From Gemmatimonadota bacterium (GTDB taxonomy: Bacteria; Gemmatimonadota; Gemmatimonadetes; Gemmatimonadales; GWC2-71-9): 64,000 nucleotides of DNA. The stretch spans positions 60,563-124,562 of the forward strand of contig JAYTTT010000185.1 of the NCBI GenBank assembly GCA_043744895.1, given 5' to 3'. The position numbers and the translations under genes were made by a program. This document shows, in pieces, positions 16,427-25,366 of the stretch; the first letter of the stretch is position 1; each line of letters begins with the position of its first letter. Below the pieces are notes generated by a model. The model did not search any database, was not told where the DNA came from, and saw only the letters and a list, made by a program, of their open reading frames with translations.

Positions 16427-17968
16427 TCAGGGAACTACCTGCCACTCCCGGCCCATCCGGGCGAGCACGCCGCCATAGAGTTCGATTCCGTCCCAGAGGT
16501 TCCGGAGCCGGAGATTCTCATTCTCTCCGTGTTGGTTGTTGTCGTGATTGACGATCGGCAGGATGGCGAACGGGGCCTCGAGGAGGTCGACAAAATCGAA
16601 GAGCGGCAGGCTCCCGCCCAGAGTCGGTACTCGGATGATCGGATGGCCGGTCGCTTGGTCGGCCGCGGCTAAGAGGGCGCGGGCTCCCGGGGTATCGAGG
16701 CGGGTTCGGGCGGCCGGGTAGCCGCCACTCCAGACCACCCGGATGATTTTCGGGTGGTTTCTTCGCGTCGTGGAGTCGGGCACCGACCGGACGACGTGAA
16801 ACCCCTGGCGACGGAAGTGGTCCTCCACCAGGATCTTGACCCGGGCCGGGGTTTGATTGGGCACCAGTCGAAAATCGAGGTAGGCGTCCGTTTGAGCCAC
16901 GATCAGGTTGGCGCCGCCGCCAGCCGCGCGTCCTCCCGATAGCCCGCTCAGGTTGACGGCCGGGAGCGCCAGTTGCTCGGCCAGGCCGGCCGGCGCGCCT
17001 TCGGTTCGCCCGAGCCGGAGTTCTCCGGTTAACTGGTCTTCGACCGCCGGCATGGCCCGGAATGCGGCCCGATCGGCGTCGGTAATGGGGACCACATCGT
17101 CGTAGTACGCCGGAATGTTGATGCGGCTCTCAGGATCACGCATCGACGCCAGCAACTGCACCATCATCGCGTTCGGGTTCGGTGCCCAGTTGCCATAGTG
17201 CCCGCTATGGAGGGGGCGGGCCGGTCCGTAGATCGTTAGGTCCGCGCCGATCACGCCCCGAACCCCGAAGACGGCCTGAACCCCCCCCGACTGGTGGACG
17301 GGGCCATCGCCGAAAATCCAGAAATCGGCCTTCAGGAGTTCCCGGTACTTCGTCAGTATGGTCCGGAGGTTGACCGATCCGGCTTCTTCCTCGCCTTCGA
17401 AGAAGAACTTGAGGTTGACCGACCGCGGAATCTGGTTCGCCGCCAGGGCATCGAGGGCCGTGAGCATGGCCACGATCGGCGATTTGTCGTCGCTGGCCGA
17501 CCGGGCAAAGATCCGCGATTCGGGATCGAATCGGCCGTTAGTGCCGGACAGCGGGAGCTCGCGGGTCCCGGGGCCCAACGGTCCGGACCGAAGGATCGGG
17601 GTCCAAGCGTTGCTGGCCCACTTGGCCGAATCGACCGGTTGGCCGTCGTAGTGGGCGTAGAACACAACCGTCTTGGTGGCGCCGGGAGTCATCAGCTCGC
17701 CGTAGACCGCCGGAGGGACGCCGTCCGCTTCGAGGATCTGAGCCGCGATGCCGCGTTTGGTCATCATCGTCACGAGCGCGCGGGCGTTGGTCCGGATATC
17801 GTCGACGTTGGACGCGACATTCCGGATCGCCAGCAGGTCGGTCAATTCGCGGACGATGGCCACCTCGTGCTGTTCCCGATACCGCCGAATCAGAGTCTGG
17901 GTGGGGGACTGGCCTCCGGCCGACTGGGTCGCGATCACGAGCAATACCGCCGGTCCGAGGCGCATCAC
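16427..17968 (-). CDS. M20 family metallopeptidase (dipeptidase-like), secreted
   Basis: Signal peptide MMRLGPAVLLVIATQSAGG. Metal-binding contexts YAHYDGQP, ARSASDDKSPIVAML, FFFEGEEEAGS, HSGHYG. Confidence 0.85.
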   Translation of the reverse strand: MMRLGPAVLLVIATQSAGGQSPTQTLIRRYREQHEVAIVRELTDLLAIRNVASNVDDIRTNARALVTMMTKRGIAAQILEADGVPPAVYGELMTPGATKTVVFYAHYDGQPVDSAKWASNAWTPILRSGPLGPGTRELPLSGTNGRFDPESRIFARSASDDKSPIVAMLTALDALAANQIPRSVNLKFFFEGEEEAGSVNLRTILTKYRELLKADFWIFGDGPVHQSGGVQAVFGVRGVIGADLTIYGPARPLHSGHYGNWAPNPNAMMVQLLASMRDPESRINIPAYYDDVVPITDADRAAFRAMPAVEDQLTGELRLGRTEGAPAGLAEQLALPAVNLSGLSGGRAAGGGANLIVAQTDAYLDFRLVPNQTPARVKILVEDHFRRQGFHVVRSVPDSTTRRNHPKIIRVVWSGGYPAARTRLDTPGARALLAAADQATGHPIIRVPTLGGSLPLFDFVDLLEAPFAILPIVNHDNNQHGENENLRLRNLWDGIELYGGVLARMGREWQVVP

Positions 17969-18780
17969 GATTCCCCGGGCTGAAGCCGCTCGGCCAACTC
18001 CTTGACGAACTTCGCGGCAACTAGTCCGGTTCGGGGCGAGGCGTCGTTGACCGGGTTGAACTCCACGACATCGGCCCCCACCAACCGCTCCGCCTTGACT
18101 CGCTGAATGATCGCGAGCACATCGCGCACCGACAGCCCGCCGGGCTCCGGGTGCGAAATTCCCGGGGCGAACGCCGGGTCGAGCACGTCGATATCGAGCG
18201 AGATGTAGAGCGGCCCGGCAAACGAGAGGTCGATCGGACCGGTCCAGTGTCGCATCTCGTGAATTTCCACTCCGAATCGTTCGGCCTGTTCCCGCTGATG
18301 GCGGCTCAACGTTCGGATCCCGACTTGTACGAGCCGGCTGGCCAGCCTTTCCTCCATGATTCTGGCAAACGGACAGGCATGGGAGAATCGATTGCCCTCG
18401 TAGCTGTCATACAAGTCGCTGTGGGCATCGAAATGCAGGACCTCGAGGTTGGGGTAACGGCGAGCCATGGCGCGGACGACGGGGTAGGTGATCGAATGGT
18501 CGCCGCCGAGCACCAGGGGGGTGGACCCGGCCTCAAGGATTTCGGCGACGCCGGCTTCGATCCGGGCCCGGATGCCGGCGGCGTCGAGACCGGTGAAGTC
18601 GAGGTCGCCCGCGTCGATCAGGGCTCCCGGCTCGGCCACATCGAGCCCGCCCTCGGTCCAGGTGTTGCTCGAGTCGCACCGCAGGGCCGTCCGGATGGCC
18701 TGGGGCGCCGTGGCGGCGCCGGGCTGGAATGACGATTCCTGGTCGAACGGAACGCCCAGTAAGGTGACGGCGTTAGGCAT
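17965..18780 (-). CDS. speB: agmatinase / ureohydrolase (arginase family)
   Basis: Arginase-family Mn motifs LGGDHSITYP, HFDAHSDLYD, SLDIDVLDPAFAPGISHPEPGG. 4-nt overlap with the M20 gene start. Confidence 0.8.
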   Translation of the reverse strand: MPNAVTLLGVPFDQESSFQPGAATAPQAIRTALRCDSSNTWTEGGLDVAEPGALIDAGDLDFTGLDAAGIRARIEAGVAEILEAGSTPLVLGGDHSITYPVVRAMARRYPNLEVLHFDAHSDLYDSYEGNRFSHACPFARIMEERLASRLVQVGIRTLSRHQREQAERFGVEIHEMRHWTGPIDLSFAGPLYISLDIDVLDPAFAPGISHPEPGGLSVRDVLAIIQRVKAERLVGADVVEFNPVNDASPRTGLVAAKFVKELAERLQPGES

Positions 18781-18789
18781 TGCGGAATC

Positions 18790-19512
18790 TCAAGGCTTGG
18801 GAATCCAGCCGGCCCGTTTCCAAGCGGTGGTCTCAAAGAGTTCGTCCGTCACCGCTGGATTGATCTTCCAGTCTCGGTACATCTCCCGGAAGTACTCCTT
18901 GCCGCCTCGAAGGAAAATCACTTCGGTCCCGATCCAGCCGCCACCGAGCTTCACGTATTTGTTGAAGCTGATCTCGGTGGATGCTCCGCCCGGTGCCGGC
19001 TGGACGACTTTCAAAAAGAGTAGCCGGTCCTTGTCGATCCAGACCTCGTGCTCGGGGCCGCCGATGACATAGGCGGCCTTTCCGTCCCATCGGTCCTCTC
19101 GAACCTTGGCGAGATCGACCCCTTCGCCCTTGACCAACTCGATGGTCCGCTCCGGCGGCTGGCCGTAGACATCGAATCCCAGAATCGCGAGAATGTTCCG
19201 CCGCGCCACTGCCTGGGCCAACGCGCCCTTGTTGAACACGTAGTTCGAGTCGCCCCGGTAGATGATGGTGCGGCCGCTATCGACTGGGACGATATCGATC
19301 CGGAGCCGGCCCGGAATCAGGGCCGCTTCCCACCATTCTTCCTCTGGGCGTCCGTCGGGATAGATCGCTCGCTGGACGAACGAGAGGGCTCGGTACCACT
19401 TGCCCTGGTACCGGGCGTGCATAGCCCGAATCACGTCGGCGCCGTTGGTGACCGGCTGCGGGGTGGCGGTTAGGGCCGTCGCCAAAACCAGGAACAGCGC
19501 AACACCAGGCAT
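18790..19512 (-). CDS. secreted hypothetical protein (possible LolA-like/lipoprotein-sorting fold)
   Basis: Start set at ATG 19512 (MPGVALFLVLATALTA signal peptide). Beta-rich sequence with no catalytic motif recognised. The fold suggestion is weak. Confidence 0.5.
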   Translation of the reverse strand: MPGVALFLVLATALTATPQPVTNGADVIRAMHARYQGKWYRALSFVQRAIYPDGRPEEEWWEAALIPGRLRIDIVPVDSGRTIIYRGDSNYVFNKGALAQAVARRNILAILGFDVYGQPPERTIELVKGEGVDLAKVREDRWDGKAAYVIGGPEHEVWIDKDRLLFLKVVQPAPGGASTEISFNKYVKLGGGWIGTEVIFLRGGKEYFREMYRDWKINPAVTDELFETTAWKRAGWIPKP

Positions 19513-19581
19513 GAGAACTCCGGATTCGGGGGGACGTCCAGGATGCGCCATCAATCTAGCTTCGCTACGTTACGAGCACCT

Positions 19582-19971
19582 ATGGCAAATGTTTCTGACA
19601 AGAGCCGGACCGTTGCGCTCGTCCTCGGGTTGATGCTGGGCGTCTTCGGGGCCCACCGCTTCTACGTCGGCAAGATCGGGACCGGCCTCTTGATGCTGTG
19701 CACGGCCGGCGGTCTCGGCATCTGGTACTTGATCGACAACATCATGATCGCGTCGGGTGGGTTTCGCGATGTCGAAGGCCGGCGAGTGTTGCGGTGGGAC
19801 CCGGAAACCGCCGACGAACTCGCGGGAGTGCCCCAAGAGTTGCTCGATGAGCTGTACGCCCTTCGCACTGAACTGAACGAGCTCCACGAACGGGTCGATT
19901 TCAACGAGCGGCTCTTGACCGACCGAACCGGCGCCACCACCGCCAAGTTCAACCCGCCGTCCGACGGCTAA
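19582..19971 (+). CDS. TM2 domain-containing membrane protein with C-terminal coiled-coil tail
   Basis: ALVLGLMLGVFGAHRFYVGKIGTGLLMLCTAGGLGIWYLIDNIMI is the TM2 domain signature. Start at ATG 19582 (MANVSDK). Confidence 0.8.
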   Translation: MANVSDKSRTVALVLGLMLGVFGAHRFYVGKIGTGLLMLCTAGGLGIWYLIDNIMIASGGFRDVEGRRVLRWDPETADELAGVPQELLDELYALRTELNELHERVDFNERLLTDRTGATTAKFNPPSDG

Positions 19972-20765
19972 GCTCGGGTCTCGATCGAGATGTCGTCACC
20001 CACCCGCAGGGTTCCCGGCTTCCGGTGGACCACGTTCATTCCGAACATCACCCCGCCCCCCTGCTTCCGAAACGTCGCCAGCGTCCGGAGCGGTTCCTGA
20101 GTTCGCTCGCCGGTGACCTGATCGCCGGTGGTCATGACGCAACGGGCGCACGGCTTCACCGCGTCGAAGGGGACCCCGTTGCTCGAAAACCGGCGCCAGC
20201 CATCTTCCTCGTAGGCCGCCGTACCGGTCACGACCACATTCGGCCGGAACCGATTCATCGGCAAGGCACTCGGTAGCCGCCCGTTCAGGTCGTCCAGCGA
20301 CGCCTGTCCGACGATCAAGATCGGATAGCCATCGGCAAACGCGACCAGGCCGCCGATTGGGTCGTAGTTGGGATCGGTTCGTCGGACCCCCCAAGCCGGC
20401 AAATAGGCCAGCCGCACCGCCTGCCCCAGAAGCTCGCTCAGCCACCCGGCCGCCGAATCGCCGCTGTCCACCGCCTCGACCAGATCGTTCCAGACCCGGA
20501 CCGTCCGTTTCGGCCCCCCCTCATCGCGGGGAACTTCGAGTTCCGCCAGCCCCGGCGCCCGGAGGGTGAGCCGGTCGGCCGACGGTACCGCGACCACCAA
20601 CCGGAGGCCGATCTGCTCCCGCTGCGTCACCAGCGCCCCATCCGCGTCAACCACCATCCACCGGCGGTCGTGTTCCGGCCCAAACCGGTCGAGGTCGAAC
20701 CGCTCGACCGCAATCCCAGCCCCACTCTTCAGCGGGTACATATGAAGGCTCGCAATTCTGATCAT
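19968..20765 (-). CDS. MOSC domain-containing protein (N-terminal beta-barrel plus MOSC)
   Basis: MIRIASLHMYPLKSGAG (MOSC_N start). C-terminal RFRPNVVV...VKPCARCVMTT carries the conserved MOSC cysteine. Confidence 0.85.
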   Translation of the reverse strand: MIRIASLHMYPLKSGAGIAVERFDLDRFGPEHDRRWMVVDADGALVTQREQIGLRLVVAVPSADRLTLRAPGLAELEVPRDEGGPKRTVRVWNDLVEAVDSGDSAAGWLSELLGQAVRLAYLPAWGVRRTDPNYDPIGGLVAFADGYPILIVGQASLDDLNGRLPSALPMNRFRPNVVVTGTAAYEEDGWRRFSSNGVPFDAVKPCARCVMTTGDQVTGERTQEPLRTLATFRKQGGGVMFGMNVVHRKPGTLRVGDDISIETRA

Positions 20766-20778
20766 GGAGTGAAGCTAA

Positions 20779-20820
20779 CCGAGTCCGAGTGCCGAGCCCC
20801 TAGTGCCGAGTGCCGAGCAC
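20779..20820 (+). repeat. GYGCCGAG short tandem repeat element, copy 2 (long form)
   Basis: ccgagtccgagtgccgagcccctagtgccgagtgccgagcac. 31/35 identical to copy 3 over the core cgagtgccgagcccc(t/a)agtgccgag(t/c)gccgagc. It spans the gap between the MOSC start and the stop of the next gene. Its 3' half encodes that gene's last residues (VLGTRH, read on the minus strand). Confidence 0.7.
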
Positions 20821-21498
20821 CATAATCTTCTGCCAGATCTTGCGGGACAGACCGCTGGTCAGTGATTCGATTTCGTTGACGGCGGAGATGGTGACGGGGT
20901 CGTCGAAATCCTGGGCGTAGATGGCGGCGCCTTTGCTCAGCAGCGACAACATCTCGCTGCAATAGTCCAAATACCGGGTCAGCTGGAACACCGTCATGGT
21001 TCGAGCCGGCGACGAGGGGGTGTCCTCGGCCGGGTCCGAACTGAGAATCCGGTCGGGGTCTTTGGTCAGCTGGTGCATGTCGATGACGTGGGCCAGCGAT
21101 CGGAGCTCATGGATCGCCCGGAGGGCCCGGCGCCGTTTGCGGCGGACTTCGAGGCTCGACAGAAACAGGATGGCGAGGCCGAGAAATGCGACCTCGCTGA
21201 GGAAGGCATCGACCGCCTGCACGACATCGGGAATGCTGGCGGTGGCGGGGAGTTTGGCGACGGCCAGGATGGTGGCCAAAAAGACCAGCAACAGCAAGAG
21301 GATGCACACGCCGACCCCGATCCGGAGGGGCCAGTGGGGAGCGCCAAACCAGGCTCGGTTCGAAGCGGCTCTCTCGGTAACTTCCACGACTTCGACGGCG
21401 ACCCTGGTCAGTCCGGCGTCCGGGAACCGTTCGGTCACCCGCCGCTGGACTTGGCGGGCGGTTTCGACGATGCGGGCGGGATCGAGGCGGCGGAACAT
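20800..21498 (-). CDS. hypothetical membrane protein (2 TM helices, cytoplasmic C-terminal domain)
   Basis: Two hydrophobic helices (WPLRIGVGVCILLLLLVFLATILAV and VAFLGLAILFLSSL), then RRKRRRALRAIHELRSLAHVIDMHQLTKDP. No family recognised. The start is ATG 21498 or GTG 21537. Confidence 0.55.
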   Translation of the reverse strand: MFRRLDPARIVETARQVQRRVTERFPDAGLTRVAVEVVEVTERAASNRAWFGAPHWPLRIGVGVCILLLLLVFLATILAVAKLPATASIPDVVQAVDAFLSEVAFLGLAILFLSSLEVRRKRRRALRAIHELRSLAHVIDMHQLTKDPDRILSSDPAEDTPSSPARTMTVFQLTRYLDYCSEMLSLLSKGAAIYAQDFDDPVTISAVNEIESLTSGLSRKIWQKIMVLGTRH

Positions 21499-21608
21499 GG
21501 CACTAATCTGAGGGATGCCCGCCCTGACGGCAATCACGATCGAGTCCGGTTGCGATTACCATTCGGATCTGAGGACCACTCCGGATCGGAACCCAAGCTG
21601 GTAGGCCC

Positions 21609-22676
21609 ATGGAACAAAGTTCGGTCGATTTTCTGAAAGCGCTGCTCAGTACGCCGGGCCCGTCAGGATTCGAAGCCGCCCCCGCGTCCGTGTGGCGGAC
21701 GGAGGCCGGCCGGTTCGCCGACCAGGTCGCCGCCGATGTCAGCGGCAACTCGATGGCCACGATCGGGGGCTCGCCGAATGGTCCGACCGTCATGTTCGCG
21801 GGTCACATCGATGAAATCGGGCTGATGGTGCTCAACATCGACGACAACGGCTACCTCTGGTTCGACACCATCGGCGGCTGGGACGAGCAGGTGTTCGTCG
21901 GCCAGCGGGTCGTGCTTTTGGGCCGGGCGGGTCCGGTTCGGGGGCTGATCGGCAAGAAGGCGATCCACCTGATGGAGAAGGAGGATCGCGAGAAGGCCAC
22001 CAAGGTGAAAGATCTCTGGATCGACATTGGCGCCTCGTCGCGAGCCGAGGCCGCCGAGCGGATTCGGGTCGGCGATGCGGGGGTCATCGACAGTTCGGTG
22101 GTGGAGTTTCCGAATGGCCGGCTGGTGAGCCGGAGCATCGACAACCGGATTGGGGCGTTCGTGGTGTTGGAGGCGCTTCGTCGTCTTGCCAAGGACCGTC
22201 CGGTGGCGACGGTGACGGCGGTGGCGACCTCGCAAGAAGAGATTGCCTACACCGGCGGTGGAGCACGGACCTCGGCGACGGCGCTGGTCCCGACCGTGGC
22301 CATCGCGGTCGACGTAACCCACGCGACCGACACGCCCGGGACCGAGAAGAACCGCCACGGCGACGTGAGGCTGGGTGGCGGCCCGGTCCTCACCCGCGGC
22401 TCGGCGGCGAATCCGCGGGTCATGGACCTGTTGGCCGAGGTAGCGGAGGCCGAGGGGATCCCGTTTGTCTGGCATGCGTCGCCCAAGTTCACCGCGACCG
22501 ACGCCGACGCGATCTTCACCTCGTTCCGCGGCGTGGCGACTGGGTTGGTGTCGGTGCCGAACCGCTACATGCACAGTCCCAATGAAATGATTGTCCTGGA
22601 AGATCTCGACCGGACGGCGACGCTGCTGGCTGGATTTGCGCGGCGGGTGACCGGCGAGACCTCCTTCATCCCTTGA
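21609..22676 (+). CDS. M42 family aminopeptidase (glutamyl aminopeptidase/FrvX-like)
   Basis: LLSTPGPSGFE, FAGHIDEIGLMV, SRSIDNRIGAFVVLEAL, and 355 aa, typical of M42. Confidence 0.85.
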   Translation: MEQSSVDFLKALLSTPGPSGFEAAPASVWRTEAGRFADQVAADVSGNSMATIGGSPNGPTVMFAGHIDEIGLMVLNIDDNGYLWFDTIGGWDEQVFVGQRVVLLGRAGPVRGLIGKKAIHLMEKEDREKATKVKDLWIDIGASSRAEAAERIRVGDAGVIDSSVVEFPNGRLVSRSIDNRIGAFVVLEALRRLAKDRPVATVTAVATSQEEIAYTGGGARTSATALVPTVAIAVDVTHATDTPGTEKNRHGDVRLGGGPVLTRGSAANPRVMDLLAEVAEAEGIPFVWHASPKFTATDADAIFTSFRGVATGLVSVPNRYMHSPNEMIVLEDLDRTATLLAGFARRVTGETSFIP

Positions 22677-23968
22677 TGCGACGTAGGCAGGCCATGACGT
22701 TAGGCAGGACAGTGGGTTCGGCGGGGCTGTGGCTGGTGGCGGGGGCGTCGCTGGTTGCGGCGCAGACCAAGGCGGCCAACGCCATTCGCGAGGACATCAA
22801 GTATCTCGCGTCCGATCAGCTCGGGGGCCGGTTTACCGGCAGCGAAGGCGGCACGACCGCCGCCCGATTCTTGGCCCGGCGGTTCGGGGCCGTGGGCGCC
22901 AAGCCAGGGGTGCCCGGGTGGCTCCAGTCGTTCGAGATCGCCGCGGACGTGCCCGGGGTGAAAGATCTGCCGGAAGGCAGTCGGCCCTTCAAGTCGATCA
23001 ACGTGGTGGCCACCATCCGCGGCCGGGACCCGGTGCTTCGGGGCGAGTACGTGATCGTCGGCGCCCACTACGATCACCTGGGTCAAGGCAACCGGTCGAG
23101 TTCGCTTGGCCCGGTCGGCGAAATCCACAACGGGGCCGACGACAATGCCTCGGGGTCGGTCGCGCTGATCGAAATTGCCAGGCAACTTGCCGCCAAGCCC
23201 CCCAAACGCTCGGTGGTATTGGTGGCGTTTTCGGGCGAAGAGCTCGGCCTGCTCGGCTCGGCCGCCTACGTCCGGTCTCCGGCCGTGCCGATGGAGCGCA
23301 GCGTCGCGATGGTCAATCTTGACATGGTGGGCCGGCTTCGGAACGGCCGGCTACTGGTGTTCGGGTCCGAGACGGCCACCGAGTTTCCCGCCTTGCTCGA
23401 TTCGTTGAACACCGGGCCGAAGTTCGATCTCAAATATTCGGGCGATGGTTTCGGTCGGAGCGATCAGCAGTCGTTCTACCTGGCCAAGAAACCGGTCTTG
23501 CACATGTTCACCGACTTGCACGAGGACTACCACCGCCCCAGCGATGATTGGGAAAAGATCAACATCGCGGGCCTCGAAAAGGTGGCCACCTATACGACGT
23601 CGATCGTCCGGGCCCTCGCCGATCGGACCGCGCCACTGACCTTCGTCTTCAAGGCCCCCCCGCCTCCGCCGCCGTCGGTGGCCGGCAACCCCGCGGGCGG
23701 CGCGGCGTCGCTCGGAACGATTCCCGACATGGCTTCGGGCGGGCCCGGCGTCCGGCTTTCCGGGGTCCGGCCGGACAGCCCGGCTGAGAAGGCGGGGCTC
23801 AAAGAAGGCGACATCCTGCTTGGACTTGATGGCTTCGACATCCCCGATCTGCAGGGAATGTCCGACGCCCTCCGGCAGCATCGGCCCGGCGACACGGTCA
23901 TGGTGCGGTTTCGCCGCGGTGCCCGGAACGATTCGGTCAAGGCCGTCCTCGGCCGCCGAGGGGGCTGA
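22676..23968 (+). CDS. M28 family zinc peptidase with C-terminal PDZ domain
   Basis: VGAHYDHLG, NGADDNASGSVALIE, FSGEELGLLGSAAY (M28 metal ligand contexts). C-terminal PDZ segment VRLSGVRPDSPAEKAGLKEGDILLGLDG. TGATG junction with the M42 stop. Confidence 0.85.
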   Translation: MRRRQAMTLGRTVGSAGLWLVAGASLVAAQTKAANAIREDIKYLASDQLGGRFTGSEGGTTAARFLARRFGAVGAKPGVPGWLQSFEIAADVPGVKDLPEGSRPFKSINVVATIRGRDPVLRGEYVIVGAHYDHLGQGNRSSSLGPVGEIHNGADDNASGSVALIEIARQLAAKPPKRSVVLVAFSGEELGLLGSAAYVRSPAVPMERSVAMVNLDMVGRLRNGRLLVFGSETATEFPALLDSLNTGPKFDLKYSGDGFGRSDQQSFYLAKKPVLHMFTDLHEDYHRPSDDWEKINIAGLEKVATYTTSIVRALADRTAPLTFVFKAPPPPPPSVAGNPAGGAASLGTIPDMASGGPGVRLSGVRPDSPAEKAGLKEGDILLGLDGFDIPDLQGMSDALRQHRPGDTVMVRFRRGARNDSVKAVLGRRGG

Positions 23969-23973
23969 AGCGG

Positions 23974-24429
23974 ATGCCGATTCTCGAGGGCGACAAGATC
24001 GTCGCCGCCCTTCGGGGCGCCTTTACCCGCGACGTCGGGCGGCACGCGATGCTTCAACTCGCCGCCGACCGGATTCGGGCCGCCGGCCCGCCCTACACCT
24101 CGGTGTATCTCTATATGCTTCACGGCCAGATGCTGGAACTCGAAGCGTTCGCCGGCCGGGTCACCGACCATACCAGGATCCCCGTGGGCCAAGGGGTCTG
24201 CGGAACCGCCGTGGCAACCGGCGTCGACCAAAACGTCGGCGACGTCCGAGCCGTCGGCAACTACCTCGCCTGCAACCTCGATACCCGCTCGGAACTCGTC
24301 GTCCTGATCAAACGCGGCGCCACCATCCTGGGCCAGATCGACGTCGACAGCGACGTCCCCGCCCCCTTCACCCCCGCCGAGCAAGCTGAAACGAAGAAAG
24401 TCGCCGACGCCTTAGCCGTCCTCCTCTGA
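23974..24429 (+). CDS. msrC: GAF domain protein, free methionine-(R)-sulfoxide reductase-like
   Basis: 151 aa. GQGVCGTAVATG and NYLACNLDTRSELVVLI match the conserved Cys-containing motifs of the fRMsr/YebR GAF family. Confidence 0.7.
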   Translation: MPILEGDKIVAALRGAFTRDVGRHAMLQLAADRIRAAGPPYTSVYLYMLHGQMLELEAFAGRVTDHTRIPVGQGVCGTAVATGVDQNVGDVRAVGNYLACNLDTRSELVVLIKRGATILGQIDVDSDVPAPFTPAEQAETKKVADALAVLL

Positions 24430-24430
24430 C

Positions 24431-25366
24431 ATGTCGAGTGCCGAGCCCCAAGTGCCGAGCGCCGAGCTTCGAGCCTGGTCCCCCGCGCGCTGGTCGATCG
24501 TGTTGCCGGTCGGTCATCGGTTTCCGATCGGCAAGTACCAATTGGTTCGTGACGGCATCATCTCGGCCGGCCTGCTTCGGGCGGAGTCGATCCACGAGCC
24601 CGAGCGGGTCAGCCGCGATTCGGTGGCGCTCGTCCACGAGGCGCAATACATCGACGCGGTACTCGACGGCACCCTGACCGCGGCGGACGTGCGGCGGCTC
24701 GGGTTTCCGTGGAGCCCGCTGCTGCCGGAACGATCGCTCCGCACCGCCCAAGGGACGCTGGAGGCGTGTCGTGACGCCCTGATTGGGGGGGCCGGAATCA
24801 ACTTGGCCGGGGGCACCCATCACACCTTTCCCGGGCATGGTGAGGGATACTGCGTCTTCAACGATGTCGCGATCGCGATCCGAACCCTCGAGTGGGAAGG
24901 CCGGATCCGACGTGCGGCGATCATCGATCTCGATGTGCATCAGGGGAACGGGACCGCCAAGATTTTCGAGGACGATCCGGATGTGCTGACCTTCTCGGTG
25001 CACGGTGCCGGGAACTATCCGTTCCGGAAGGAGCGGAGCTGGCTCGATGTCGAACTGCCCGACGGCACCGGCGACGCCGAGTACCTCACCGAGCTCGACC
25101 GCCATCTCGAGTCCGTGCTCGACTCGGCCGGTCTTGACCTCGTGGTGTACATTGCGGGCGCCGATCCGTTCGAGGGTGACCGGCTCGGCCGACTCAAGCT
25201 GACGATCGAGGGGCTTCGGGTCCGCGACACCAGGGTGCTCGACGCCTGCCGAACTCGGCGGATTCCGGTGGCGGTCGTGTTGGGTGGTGGCTATGCCCAT
25301 GACCTGACCGACCTCGTCACGATTCATGCGAACACAGTGCGGGAGCTCGTGGCCCGGTATGGGTGA
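24431..25366 (+). CDS. histone deacetylase family protein (class II-like acetyl-lysine/acetylpolyamine amidohydrolase)
   Basis: GGTHHTFPGHGEGYCVFNDVAIA, IIDLDVHQGNGT, GADPFEGDRLG. The true start is uncertain. ATG 24431 lies in the repeat element; in-frame GTGs at 24452 and 24497 are alternatives. Confidence 0.85.
   Translation: MSSAEPQVPSAELRAWSPARWSIVLPVGHRFPIGKYQLVRDGIISAGLLRAESIHEPERVSRDSVALVHEAQYIDAVLDGTLTAADVRRLGFPWSPLLPERSLRTAQGTLEACRDALIGGAGINLAGGTHHTFPGHGEGYCVFNDVAIAIRTLEWEGRIRRAAIIDLDVHQGNGTAKIFEDDPDVLTFSVHGAGNYPFRKERSWLDVELPDGTGDAEYLTELDRHLESVLDSAGLDLVVYIAGADPFEGDRLGRLKLTIEGLRVRDTRVLDACRTRRIPVAVVLGGGYAHDLTDLVTIHANTVRELVARYG
24435..24476 (+). repeat. GYGCCGAG short tandem repeat element, copy 3 (long form)
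   Basis: tcgagtgccgagccccaagtgccgagcgccgagcttcgagcc, starting 6 nt after the GAF gene stop. It overlaps the first 15 codons of the ORF-track model of the deacetylase gene. Confidence 0.7.
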
